NCBI GenBank assembly: GCA_902632055.1
Contig: CACPAS010000002.1
Coordinates: forward strand, 2,122-66,121
DNA: 64,000 nt
Reading direction: 5' to 3'
DNA from: an uncultured OCS116 cluster bacterium
GTDB lineage: Bacteria; Pseudomonadota; Alphaproteobacteria; Rhizobiales; TMED25
Part shown: in pieces, positions 19,801 through 28,725 of the stretch
Position numbering within the stretch: the stretch's first letter is position 1
Layout: each line of letters starts with the position of its first letter
Made by a program: the position numbers and the translations under genes
Notes under the pieces: model-generated
The model's database searches: none
What the model was told of the DNA's origin: nothing
What the model saw: only the letters and a program-made list of their open reading frames with translations

Positions 19801-20754
19801 ATGATGAGCCACAAAATTGGATGGGTCGGAACCGGAAGAATGGGATATCCGATGGCAGGACGTCTTGCAAAGGATGGACACAATATAAGTGTTTGGAACA
19901 GAACAAAAGCAAAAGCTGATCCGCTATCGGAATATGGTGCGACTGTTGTTGAGGCCATTGATGAGCTTCATGATGTTGAGGTCTTATTTACTATGGTGTC
20001 GACAGGTAAGGATCTGAAAGAAGTGTATTTTGGTGATAAAGGTGTTTTATCAAAAGGTTCAAGCAGCTCCCAAATATTTGTAGATTGCTCTTCAATCTCT
20101 TCTGAGGACTCCGATGAAATAAGGGACAGGCTGACTGAAAAAGGCATAGCATATATATCTTGTCCAGTAAGCGGTAATGGTAAGGCCGTTAAGGCCGGTG
20201 TCTTATCAATTGTAGCCTCAGGGCCAAAAGAAGTATTTGACACTATCAAACCATATCTTGAAACAATTGCACCAAGGGGAGTTGCTTATGTTGGTGAGGG
20301 TGATCTAGCTCGTTTTTGTAAGATAGCTCACAATGTGATGTTAGGCGTTGTAATACAGAATTTAGCCGAAATTACCATACTTGCACAAAAAGCAGGTGTA
20401 CCGAGGCACGCTTTCTTAAATTTTATGAATAACTCCGTCATGGGCTCCATATTTACAAAATATAAATCGAATGCATTTACGAATCTTGATTGGACAACAA
20501 CATTTACAACTCCATTATTGCTTAAAGATCTTGACCTTGGATTACAATCTGGGAAGGAGTTGGGTGTTCCAATGCCTGTCACGGCTGCAACAAGACAGGC
20601 GGTTCAACAGCATTCTGGTAGAATTGAGCGAATGGCAAAAGAAAATTTAGAGAAGGACTTTGGAATGTTATTGGAAAGTGTCGCTGATGGAGCAGGGATA
20701 ACTCTCCAGCCAGAGAACGTTCCAATTCCAACTGGGCTTGAAACGGAAGAATAA
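19801..20754 (+). CDS. NAD(P)-dependent beta-hydroxyacid dehydrogenase (3-hydroxyisobutyrate dehydrogenase family)
   Basis: 317 aa with N-terminal GWVGTGRMG, then SGNG and a helical C-terminal domain. AAGGAG lies upstream. Confidence 0.8.
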   Translation: MMSHKIGWVGTGRMGYPMAGRLAKDGHNISVWNRTKAKADPLSEYGATVVEAIDELHDVEVLFTMVSTGKDLKEVYFGDKGVLSKGSSSSQIFVDCSSISSEDSDEIRDRLTEKGIAYISCPVSGNGKAVKAGVLSIVASGPKEVFDTIKPYLETIAPRGVAYVGEGDLARFCKIAHNVMLGVVIQNLAEITILAQKAGVPRHAFLNFMNNSVMGSIFTKYKSNAFTNLDWTTTFTTPLLLKDLDLGLQSGKELGVPMPVTAATRQAVQQHSGRIERMAKENLEKDFGMLLESVADGAGITLQPENVPIPTGLETEE

Positions 20755-20812
20755 GTTTCTTTTGTTTCTTGACCTTTAACACAAGATAGTGTTAGCTAAG
20801 TGATTATCTTAT

Positions 20813-20893
<81 letters not shown>

Positions 20894-20930
20894 TCTTTTA
20901 ATATAATCGCAAAACTAGGGTATAATTAGG

Positions 20931-22154
20931 ATGCTTTTTCATGCTGGGTGTCATATGCTCTCTGTTTTATCAGAAAAAAGTTTTAGAAATCTTTTTTTCG
21001 CACAAAATTTCTCATTATTGGGCAGCGGTCTCGCAACTGTTGCAATAAGTTTATTGGCTTATGATTTAACAGGAAGAAACGCAGCGCTCGTTCTGTCAGG
21101 TTTATTTACAATCAAAATGCTCGTTTATGTTATTTTTTCACCTTTTGCAGGAGCAATAGCAGATAAATTTGATACTAAGAAATACCTAATAATCCAGGAT
21201 ATAGTTCGTGCAATCGCTGCATTTGGCTTAATATTTGTGAGTGAAATTTGGCATCTATATTTGATAATTATTCTTATTTATCTTTCTACGGCAGCTTTTA
21301 CTCCAATATATCAATCTACAATCCCAAAAATATTTAAAGATGAGGCTGACTATACAAAAGCCTTATCCCTCTTTAGGCTAGCACAAGATATGGAAAATAT
21401 CTTGAGCTATGCATTAGCGACCTTCTTACTACTTTTTCTAAATTATGATTTATTGTTTGTTGGGACTTTTATAGGTTATTTTGTCTCTGCACTATTGATT
21501 TCTATGATTGTATTCCCATTCTTATCAACATCATCATCTCGAAGAGAAAATAACTTCTATAAGAACCTTACTCTTGGTATGAGAAAATACTTAAGTGTGT
21601 CTGAGTTGAAAGGGTTAATGTTTTTAAATTTGGCTGTCTCTGCAGGTGGATCAATGATACTCGTTAATACAATTATTTTTGTGAGGGCAACACTGAAATT
21701 ACCAGAAATTGCTTTTTCGATTACAATGTTATTTTTTGGGGTTGGTTGTATATCAGCAGCCATACTAATTCCATATCTATCAAGGGGGGTTACAGCGACA
21801 CTTCTAATGCTATCCGGTTCATATCTCTTGTCTGTGACATTTGTAGCTCTTGCATTTTGGATAATGCTATTTGATTTCATATGGCCTGTGCTATTAATCG
21901 CATGGTTTTTTTCTGGATTTGGTTATACACTCTTGCTTACTCCAATGGGCCGAGTTATTCGTCAAGCGTCACCTGTCGATGAGTTTTCACAAGTTTATTC
22001 AGCTCAATTCTCTTTGAGTCATTTATGCTGGTTATTTATGTATCCAATTTCAGGGTATCTAATGACACTGTCAGGTGGCCCAATGACATTATTGGTGCTA
22101 GCCATGGTAATAGTGCTCTCAAATATAGTTGCTGCATGGTATCTTAATAACTGA
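20931..22154 (+). CDS. MFS transporter
   Basis: 407 aa with about 12 hydrophobic segments and an MFS-like loop. The start is uncertain (alternative ATG at 20955). Confidence 0.7.
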   Translation: MLFHAGCHMLSVLSEKSFRNLFFAQNFSLLGSGLATVAISLLAYDLTGRNAALVLSGLFTIKMLVYVIFSPFAGAIADKFDTKKYLIIQDIVRAIAAFGLIFVSEIWHLYLIIILIYLSTAAFTPIYQSTIPKIFKDEADYTKALSLFRLAQDMENILSYALATFLLLFLNYDLLFVGTFIGYFVSALLISMIVFPFLSTSSSRRENNFYKNLTLGMRKYLSVSELKGLMFLNLAVSAGGSMILVNTIIFVRATLKLPEIAFSITMLFFGVGCISAAILIPYLSRGVTATLLMLSGSYLLSVTFVALAFWIMLFDFIWPVLLIAWFFSGFGYTLLLTPMGRVIRQASPVDEFSQVYSAQFSLSHLCWLFMYPISGYLMTLSGGPMTLLVLAMVIVLSNIVAAWYLNN

Positions 22155-22194
22155 AAAGATAATAAATATTCCTGATATTTCTCAAAATTAGTGA

Positions 22195-22223
22195 TTGACA
22201 GTATGATTTTTTCATCATTTACT
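22195..22223 (+). promoter_or_regulatory. candidate sigma70 promoter for the riboswitch-cbtBA transcript
   Basis: Perfect TTGACA at 22195-22200. About 17-19 nt later there is a weak -10-like TTTACT/TACTAA. Confidence 0.3.
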
Positions 22224-22228
22224 AACTG

Positions 22229-22320
22229 GTATGGATCTAGGGAACACGGTGCAAGTCCGAGGCTGCCCCCGCAACTGTAATTAATCTGTAAGTATTAAAA
22301 AGCCAGATACCGATCCGTTT
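22229..22320 (+). promoter_or_regulatory. cobalamin (B12) riboswitch, compact form
   Basis: AGGGAA, then CACGGTGCAAGTCCGAGGCTGCCCCCGCAACTGTAA, then the B12-box-like AAGCCAGATACCGATCC. A P1 helix is possible between GGATC (22233-37) and GATCC (22312-16). It sits upstream of the cbtB SD. Confidence 0.85.
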
Positions 22321-22345
22321 TATTAAATTTTTCACGGAGGGTGAT

Positions 22346-22528
22346 ATGTACTCAAGAATATCTCAGTTAATCACATTACATAATCTACAAGTATCTTCAT
22401 TATCTAGGTCTTTATTTGCGATTGTTTTCGGCTTCACCATGATAATGGTTTTTGGTTTTGCATCACCTGAGCTAATTCACGATGCGGCTCACGATGTGAG
22501 GCACATTATGACTTTTCCCTGTCATTAG
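22346..22528 (+). CDS. cbtB: cobalt transporter subunit CbtB
   Basis: 60 aa with one TM and a His-rich C-terminus, HDAAHDVRHIMTFPCH, characteristic of CbtB. GGAGGG lies upstream. Confidence 0.8.
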   Translation: MYSRISQLITLHNLQVSSLSRSLFAIVFGFTMIMVFGFASPELIHDAAHDVRHIMTFPCH

Positions 22529-22546
22529 ATAATATTAGGATTTCAG

Positions 22547-23194
22547 GTGATTAAATATATATATCCAGCTATAATTGCTGGCCTTATCACAGGGTTTGCT
22601 TTTACGTTATTTAATTTATTTTTTGTTCAATCATTGATTGTTGAAGCGGAGTTATTGGAACTGCATTCTGCTGGTGTAGTTCACGATCATTCACATGTTG
22701 GAGATAAGGATAGTTCTTTTATAAGTGAAAGAAATTTTCTTACATTATTGGTAAATATTGCAATGTGCGTTGCTTTTTCGCTAATCGTGATTGGTTTTTA
22801 TTATATCAGGGATGGTCTAAGTGATACTAGGAACCTATTAAAAATAACTTTATCTGGCTTCCTCATCTTTTTCTTGCTACCAAAAATTTTTATATTACCT
22901 CAGCTTCCTGGGCAAAGCCTAGGGAATACAGCATTCGTGCAATTAATATGGATACTAACAACATTAGGATCAATGGCAATTTTAATAATTACGGACAGAT
23001 TAAACCTTTTTTCTATAAGGCTTTTATTATTGTTATCTCTAATAGTAGTATCGATATTTATCCTGTTGAATTTAGACTTAGTTGTATACAAAATAGATCC
23101 ATTGCATTCTACCTTTATATATTATACCTTCATATCAAATTTAATTTTGTGGACCTTGCTGTATCTAAATTTAAGTTATTTCATCAAGGATTAA
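22547..23194 (+). CDS. cbtA: cobalt transporter subunit CbtA
   Basis: 215 aa multi-TM protein with a His-rich loop (VVHDHSHVGD). It immediately follows cbtB under the B12 riboswitch. Confidence 0.7.
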   Translation: MIKYIYPAIIAGLITGFAFTLFNLFFVQSLIVEAELLELHSAGVVHDHSHVGDKDSSFISERNFLTLLVNIAMCVAFSLIVIGFYYIRDGLSDTRNLLKITLSGFLIFFLLPKIFILPQLPGQSLGNTAFVQLIWILTTLGSMAILIITDRLNLFSIRLLLLLSLIVVSIFILLNLDLVVYKIDPLHSTFIYYTFISNLILWTLLYLNLSYFIKD

Positions 23195-23218
23195 TATTAT
23201 TACACTGAATGGTTCTTG

Positions 23219-23983
23219 ATGTTCGAGCTAATTTCCGATAATTACATACTTTACACCATCTTTCTTGTAATCTTTTTGATCTCGGGATTTGTAAAAGGAG
23301 TGACGGGTATCGGCTTGCCGCTTACTTCTATTGCGCTTCTGACATTTTTCATTAATCCACTCCAAGCAATCGGGCTAAATATGATACCGGTCATAGTTGC
23401 GAATTTCCAGCAGTACATTTCTGCAGAAAGTCCAATGAATACTGCAAAAAAATATCGAGTTTTTGCAGTTACAATGCTGATATTTATTTTTATTACATCA
23501 TTTCAAGCGGTTATTTTGGGGGACGAAATTTTAAAATTATTGATTGGTATATTGGTAGTAATTTTTGCTTTGGATAACCTCTTCAGACGTGCTTGGTCAT
23601 TCGATATTAAAAATGATCGGCTGTGGCAACTGGGAATGGGATGTATCGCGGGTATAGTTGGCGGATTGACCTCAATTTGGGGTGTACCGATAATAATCTA
23701 TTTAATATTGAAGAAAGTATCACCTCAAGAATTTGTCGATACGACAGGATTTTTATTTTTGATTGCCGTTATCCCAGCAACAATTGGTTATTATTTTACC
23801 GGCGTCTTCCTTGTTGAAATGATCCCTATCGCAATATTCTGTTCACTATTTGCAATAATCGGCATGAGGCTAGGTAGATTTGTTCGTCTAAAAATTAATG
23901 CAAATACTTTTAAAAAAGTACTTTTATGCCTTTTCTTATTAATAGGTGTAAGGTTAATAAGCTCATTTTTTGGCATAATGTAA
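23219..23983 (+). CDS. TauE/SafE (TSUP, DUF81) family anion exporter
   Basis: About 254 aa, with 7-8 TM segments and an internally repeated Gly-rich TM pattern (GVTGIGLP / GIVGGLTSIWG). Confidence 0.65.
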   Translation: MFELISDNYILYTIFLVIFLISGFVKGVTGIGLPLTSIALLTFFINPLQAIGLNMIPVIVANFQQYISAESPMNTAKKYRVFAVTMLIFIFITSFQAVILGDEILKLLIGILVVIFALDNLFRRAWSFDIKNDRLWQLGMGCIAGIVGGLTSIWGVPIIIYLILKKVSPQEFVDTTGFLFLIAVIPATIGYYFTGVFLVEMIPIAIFCSLFAIIGMRLGRFVRLKINANTFKKVLLCLFLLIGVRLISSFFGIM

Positions 23984-23993
23984 ATACTTCAAA

Positions 23994-24275
23994 ATGATAA
24001 TTACGATTGAAGACTATATTTCTTGGCGCAAATCTACTAAGGGCATATATATAAGTTATATTTCCGGTGATACTGCAGTATTATCAATTTCAAAAAACGG
24101 AATAGACGCTCAGTCAATGTATATTAATTCATCATTAAAAGAATATACAATTGATCCTCACTGTTGGTTTACTATTGAAACCTTAGGGCGTGCGACTGAA
24201 ATAGAAGTAAATATTAATTTAAGGAGCATAACAATCGCACCTGAGGACTGGAGACCAATACCACGAAAGCCATGA
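23994..24275 (+). CDS. hypothetical protein
   Basis: 93-aa ORF filling the gap between TauE and the convergent GNAT gene. No motif recognised. Confidence 0.35.
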   Translation: MIITIEDYISWRKSTKGIYISYISGDTAVLSISKNGIDAQSMYINSSLKEYTIDPHCWFTIETLGRATEIEVNINLRSITIAPEDWRPIPRKP

Positions 24276-24281
24276 GGCTAT

Positions 24282-24776
24282 CTACTTCTTAATTTCATAT
24301 TCAAAATTTTGGGTGTCAGAATTTATACTGATTAGTTTTGCACCATTTCTAATATGATAGTGAGTTGCCATGGGTGTCAATGGCGATAGAGTTACCACTT
24401 GTTTGACGTTATCCATATTTTTTACGATGTGCTCTAATAATTTTCGCATTATTTCTTTGCCCGCACCTCTTTTACGAGACCATACGGTATAGGCTATCAG
24501 GATTGAAGAATTTCTCTCAAGATGTGAGTTCTTACTCATTAATTCTAATTCTTTTTCGGTATGCGGGATCTCATCAGTGAATGCAACGCAAACAATTCCT
24601 TCTATATTGTTATCATATTCCAGTCCATAGATCTGTCTTCCATAACTAGTCCTGAAGTCTAAGCTTAAGTGTGGTCGCACAGGATCTTCATTTACGTCAA
24701 TTTGTTCAAGTAGAACTAGCTCTGATCCTTTGACCCACTTAAAAAAATTATCAACCTTATTTTTAAATGCTTTCAT
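24282..24776 (-). CDS. GNAT-like N-acetyltransferase (tentative)
   Basis: 164 aa. RKRGAGKEIMRKLLEHI resembles the R/QxxGxG/A acetyl-CoA-binding motif A. Confidence 0.45.
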   Translation of the reverse strand: MKAFKNKVDNFFKWVKGSELVLLEQIDVNEDPVRPHLSLDFRTSYGRQIYGLEYDNNIEGIVCVAFTDEIPHTEKELELMSKNSHLERNSSILIAYTVWSRKRGAGKEIMRKLLEHIVKNMDNVKQVVTLSPLTPMATHYHIRNGAKLISINSDTQNFEYEIKK

Positions 24777-24791
24777 TCCATTCCTATTCCT

Positions 24792-24868
24792 TGGCGCGCC
24801 GGGGAGGATTCGAACCCCCGACCCCCTGATTCGTAGTCAGATACTCTATCCAGCTGAGCTACCGGCGC
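24792..24868 (-). tRNA. tRNA-Arg (anticodon ACG)
   Basis: The reverse complement folds as GCGCCGG-TA-GCTC..GAGT-A-TCTGA-CTACGAA-TCAGG-GGGTC-GGGGG-TTCGAAT-CCTCC-CCGGCGC-G-CCA. Confidence 0.9.
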
Positions 24869-25031
24869 AGTAATTAGTACTGTATACATATATACTCTTT
24901 ATTTTAATATCACAAGAGATCTGATTTGTAATTTCAGTCAGATTACTCCGTAAATTTTTATTACTAAAACGAATAAATATTCTATAATTTATCTATAGAA
25001 ATACATTAATTATTATTTGAATGAAAATATC

Positions 25032-25559
25032 ATGAGTAAGAATTGTCGTAGAGTAGTTACAGGCTTTGATGAAAGAGGAGAGTCAATCATAATCTCAGAC
25101 GGGTATGTAAAAAATAAAATGGAAAAAGATACAAGGCCGGGGGTCAGCTTGACCAACATTTGGCATACCTCAGAGTTTCCAATAGAAATGAATGCTGATA
25201 TTGAGAAGGTAGACGAGGAATTCATTATGTTTCCTCAATCGAATGAGACTATATGTAGAATTTCATCTTTTGAACCAGATAAAAGATATCAGAATGATGC
25301 TTATGATAGTACTTCTTATTTCTCAGATCTAGATGCAGGAGATACACTCGTGAAGTCAAAAAGGCATCCATTTATGCATAAATCAAGAACGGTAGATTAT
25401 GCCATAATTCTAGAAGGAGAGATAACTTTGTTACTGGACAGTCAAGAGGTCACTCTGGGTGCAGGAGACATTGTGGTTCAGAGAGGCACAAACCATGCTT
25501 GGGTTAATAACGGCGATAAGTTATGTCGGGTTTGCTTTATACTCATGGGTGCAGAGTGA
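25032..25559 (+). CDS. cupin domain protein
   Basis: About 175 aa. The C-terminal beta-barrel segment (LEGEITLLLD...GDIVVQRGTNHAWVN) is typical of cupins. Confidence 0.6.
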   Translation: MSKNCRRVVTGFDERGESIIISDGYVKNKMEKDTRPGVSLTNIWHTSEFPIEMNADIEKVDEEFIMFPQSNETICRISSFEPDKRYQNDAYDSTSYFSDLDAGDTLVKSKRHPFMHKSRTVDYAIILEGEITLLLDSQEVTLGAGDIVVQRGTNHAWVNNGDKLCRVCFILMGAE

Positions 25560-25653
25560 TCCGAATAGAGTACGATGTTTATAGTGTTAATGACAGCTCA
25601 ATAAAAAATATATAATAATTAAATTTGATCCACGATCCAAAAACTGTGTTATT

Positions 25654-26346
25654 TTATAATTCAAGATGGCTTCCATCATGATTATAAAAATGACCTGACT
25701 TCTTCATATCTATCTTTTGTATCAATTTGTATATGGAACTGGCACTTTCTTTTGTTGACAGAGTTGCATATTCTCCCCCCATTTGAGTTCTTACCCAGCC
25801 TGGATGAATTGAGACAATTGGTATTTTACTGTGTCTTAATTCGTTTGAAAGGGTGATCATTATGTTATTGATTGCTGCCTTTGAGGCTCTATAAAAATAG
25901 GACTCGCTACCAGAATGTTTTTGGCTTCCCATATGCGAAGATATTATTATTATCTTAGGACTCTTACTTTGTTTTATTTGATTTAAAAATGCTCGAATTG
26001 TGAAAAAGGGTCCGGCAATATTTGTCATAAGTACATCAGAAATAATGTCGAACTCGTTATCTTTGTCCATCATTCCTCCTCTGGCACCCATAATACCAGC
26101 GTTACACACCAACACATCAAGCCTTTCAATATTTTTTGAAACATTAATCAGATCACTTTCAACCGTAACATCGGCTTCGCGAAGCTCAACTCGACTCGGA
26201 TTTTTATTTTGCAGGGATATAAGTTTATCTGAGTCACTGGATCTTCTGCATAGACTGATCACTCTATCGTTATTCCGTATAACTTCTTCGGTAAGTGCGA
26301 GGCCAATCCCACGATTTGCACCAGTAATTAGATAATTCATGTCCAT
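25654..26346 (-). CDS. short-chain dehydrogenase/reductase (SDR)
   Basis: TGANRGIG cofactor motif, NAG, and catalytic S...YxxSK (YRASKAA). Confidence 0.85.
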   Translation of the reverse strand: MDMNYLITGANRGIGLALTEEVIRNNDRVISLCRRSSDSDKLISLQNKNPSRVELREADVTVESDLINVSKNIERLDVLVCNAGIMGARGGMMDKDNEFDIISDVLMTNIAGPFFTIRAFLNQIKQSKSPKIIIISSHMGSQKHSGSESYFYRASKAAINNIMITLSNELRHSKIPIVSIHPGWVRTQMGGEYATLSTKESASSIYKLIQKIDMKKSGHFYNHDGSHLEL

Positions 26347-26420
26347 GCTATACCCAATGAAGATTGTAATTTGGATATTTTATAATATTGATATATTATA
26401 ATAAAAAAAAGTAAAAATAA

Positions 26421-27083
26421 ATGGGGATAGTGATGGTTAAGCAAAGAATAAGTTATATAGATCCAGTTGAGATCGATGATGTTGAAATGCGGAATGAGTT
26501 TGAAAGATGCAGAACAAGGGGAACTCCTAGACCCGAAAGTCAAGCAATAAGAGCCCATGTACCTTCTACATTTTGGTCATTTGCAAATACGTGGCAGACT
26601 GTATTTCATGAGGGTGTTGCTGACCATACTATAAAAGAACTTTGCCGCGTCTTCGTATCGCATTCAGTTAAATGTGAGTATTGTGGAAATCAAAGGTCAA
26701 TCCAATCACGAACTAAAGGCCTAATTGAAGAGGATTATTTTGATTTATTAAACTTTGAGAAATCAAAAAGATATAATGCAAGACAAAAAGCTGCTCTTAG
26801 ATACACTGAGGCTATTGTGTGGGATCTTGAGTGCAATGATGCATTATGGGATGAACTTCACAAACACTATACCGAGCCAGAAATTGTAGAAATCGGTTAT
26901 TTTGTTGCAATAACCATGGGTCAACAAAGGTGGCTTAAAACTCTTAATATCGATCATCATGCGGTATTGGCGGGGACAGATGCATCTATGATGCCAGGTG
27001 CAGAAACACCTGATTCATGGCAAAAACACAAATCCTCAGAAAACTATTGGGCTAAAGATAAAAAAACATCATTATCGGATTAA
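26421..27083 (+). CDS. carboxymuconolactone decarboxylase / AhpD-like family protein
   Basis: 220 aa with a CEYC motif. It shares KAAL..(F/Y) and HYT..VEI segments with ORF 2467-3069. Confidence 0.55.
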   Translation: MGIVMVKQRISYIDPVEIDDVEMRNEFERCRTRGTPRPESQAIRAHVPSTFWSFANTWQTVFHEGVADHTIKELCRVFVSHSVKCEYCGNQRSIQSRTKGLIEEDYFDLLNFEKSKRYNARQKAALRYTEAIVWDLECNDALWDELHKHYTEPEIVEIGYFVAITMGQQRWLKTLNIDHHAVLAGTDASMMPGAETPDSWQKHKSSENYWAKDKKTSLSD

Positions 27084-27090
27084 GCTATCT

Positions 27091-27834
27091 TTATGACCCA
27101 TTACTAGGCCAAATTCTTTTTGCTAAGTTTGGAGACCCTGGCGCGTGTACCAATTTTCTTACAACACGATCTGTCCACGCCTCCATTTCAGGGTTTTCTG
27201 TCTCATGATCAACAAAAGTATTATTCCTTGCATCTGTTGATGACCATTCATACAAGATAGCATGCTTTGCCCAACCAGAAACTGACACTAATTTTCTTAC
27301 GCCCTGGCAACCTGGTAGTTTCTTCATTGATGGAATTCTCCAAGTTGCATACCAACTTGCAAGCTCATCCTCATCTTCATAAGATCCAGAGTTGAAATTT
27401 CCTAGTTGAATACACTCTGAAAGACCTGCTCCATCAAATGGTTTTTTTTCCGATCCAGGCCCCCTTGCTTCCTCTGTCATAATATTATATCTCTCTTCGC
27501 GTCTCATTTTTAAATATCCCAAGTCATTTTGATTTAATGATTGATGATACTCAGTTATTGTTGGATCTACAAAAACCTCAGGATTTTCTGCACCAAAAAT
27601 TAATATATAACGATCACCAGAGGGTATTGATTTATTATCATGACTCAATCTTCCCTTTTCACCAGGGTGGGCTACATTGTCGAGGGACTTAAAGTGACAA
27701 GCCCAGAGGACTCTCGGGTCATTAAGACGAGCGGGGATGTACACGCCATGTAACCATTCTAGATATTCTGACTCATTGTTATCATCTAGGTTGTACCAAT
27801 GAATAAGATAGCCATTTTCCCTTAATTCATTCAT
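27091..27834 (-). CDS. hypothetical protein with two similar halves
   Basis: 247 aa. Both halves carry an E.E...W.....IP......P pattern, suggesting a tandem alpha+beta barrel. No family can be assigned by eye. Confidence 0.5.
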   Translation of the reverse strand: MNELRENGYLIHWYNLDDNNESEYLEWLHGVYIPARLNDPRVLWACHFKSLDNVAHPGEKGRLSHDNKSIPSGDRYILIFGAENPEVFVDPTITEYHQSLNQNDLGYLKMRREERYNIMTEEARGPGSEKKPFDGAGLSECIQLGNFNSGSYEDEDELASWYATWRIPSMKKLPGCQGVRKLVSVSGWAKHAILYEWSSTDARNNTFVDHETENPEMEAWTDRVVRKLVHAPGSPNLAKRIWPSNGS

Positions 27835-27919
27835 GCAATTATTCCTAATTTTTTATCATTTAAATGATATTGGATATTTTAAAATAGACTAACAATTTAT
27901 TAGTTACTAACATAAAAAA

Positions 27920-28213
27920 ATGAAACCAGAAAAAATTAGAGATTTTACAGACTTTCAATACAATGTCTTTGAAGAGATAAAAAAAATACCGAAAGGTCAG
28001 ACAATTAGCTACAAGCAGCTAGCTGAAAAAATCGGTAGACCACGCGCTTATAGAGCGGTGGCTAACGCCTGCGGCAAGAACCCAGAACCAGGTATCATAC
28101 CATGCCATCGTGTAGTAAGATCAAACGGTGATATTGGTGGATATAGCCTTAAGGGCGGAGTAAACAAAAAACGTAAACTCCTTAAGACTGAAAATAAAAA
28201 TTATTTAGGCTGA
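27920..28213 (+). CDS. MGMT-family protein (stand-alone methyl-acceptor/DNA-binding domain)
   Basis: 97 aa with the IPCHRVV active-site motif and a helix-turn-helix segment. The N-terminal Ogt/Ada domain is absent. Confidence 0.8.
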   Translation: MKPEKIRDFTDFQYNVFEEIKKIPKGQTISYKQLAEKIGRPRAYRAVANACGKNPEPGIIPCHRVVRSNGDIGGYSLKGGVNKKRKLLKTENKNYLG

Positions 28214-28228
28214 TAGGTAGTTTTACTA

Positions 28229-28438
28229 CTAATCTTCGATTAGTTTTATATTTACAGCTGATACTTTGCCTTTTTCTTCTGCAACATCATACTCAACATT
28301 TTGATCTTCAAATAAATTTCTTATGCCGGAATTTTGAAGTGCAGAAATATGGACGAAAATATCTTTGTCGCCCTCTTCAGGTTGAATAAAACCATAACCT
28401 TTTTTTAGGTTAAACCATTTAACTTTTCCGTTTGCCAT
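28229..28438 (-). CDS. cspA: cold-shock protein (CspA family)
   Basis: 69 aa with GKVKWFNLKKGYGFI (RNP1) and FVHISAL (RNP2). AAGGAG lies upstream. Confidence 0.95.
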   Translation of the reverse strand: MANGKVKWFNLKKGYGFIQPEEGDKDIFVHISALQNSGIRNLFEDQNVEYDVAEEKGKVSAVNIKLIED

Positions 28439-28725
28439 TTAAATACTCCTTGGATAGCAAATTAATAAATTGGAACTTCGTTCCTGTTTCTCACTTAATC
28501 AGATATCAAATTGCCGTAGTAATATGGCTGGTATATTCACATTAATACATTGAACTTATATATATTGAATTTTAGCTCAAAACATATCTATACATATCAT
28601 TGAATTAGATAAATAGATATACATATTTTTATATTGTTTATAAATAAAGAATGCATCTCAGCTTGCTTCTGCAGGCTAATTTCAATAAGGTTATATATAA
28701 AGCAGCAAGGCGAGGTATTTTAATA

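Noticed and set aside
22261-22275. A 13-nt identity (CTGCCCCCGCAAC) between the 3' end of tRNA-fMet (20873-20885) and a site 1.4 kb downstream. This could have been an att-type direct repeat marking an island.
   Set aside because: The downstream copy lies in the most conserved core of the cobalamin riboswitch (GCTGCCCCCGCAACTGTAA). The match is explained by two independently conserved RNAs. No integrase is nearby.
22948-23208. An 86-aa alternative-frame ORF over the 3' end of cbtA, and a 73-aa ORF at 15499-15720 inside the M24 gene.
   Set aside because: These are same-strand overlaps within well-supported longer genes. They have no start context and no recognisable motifs.
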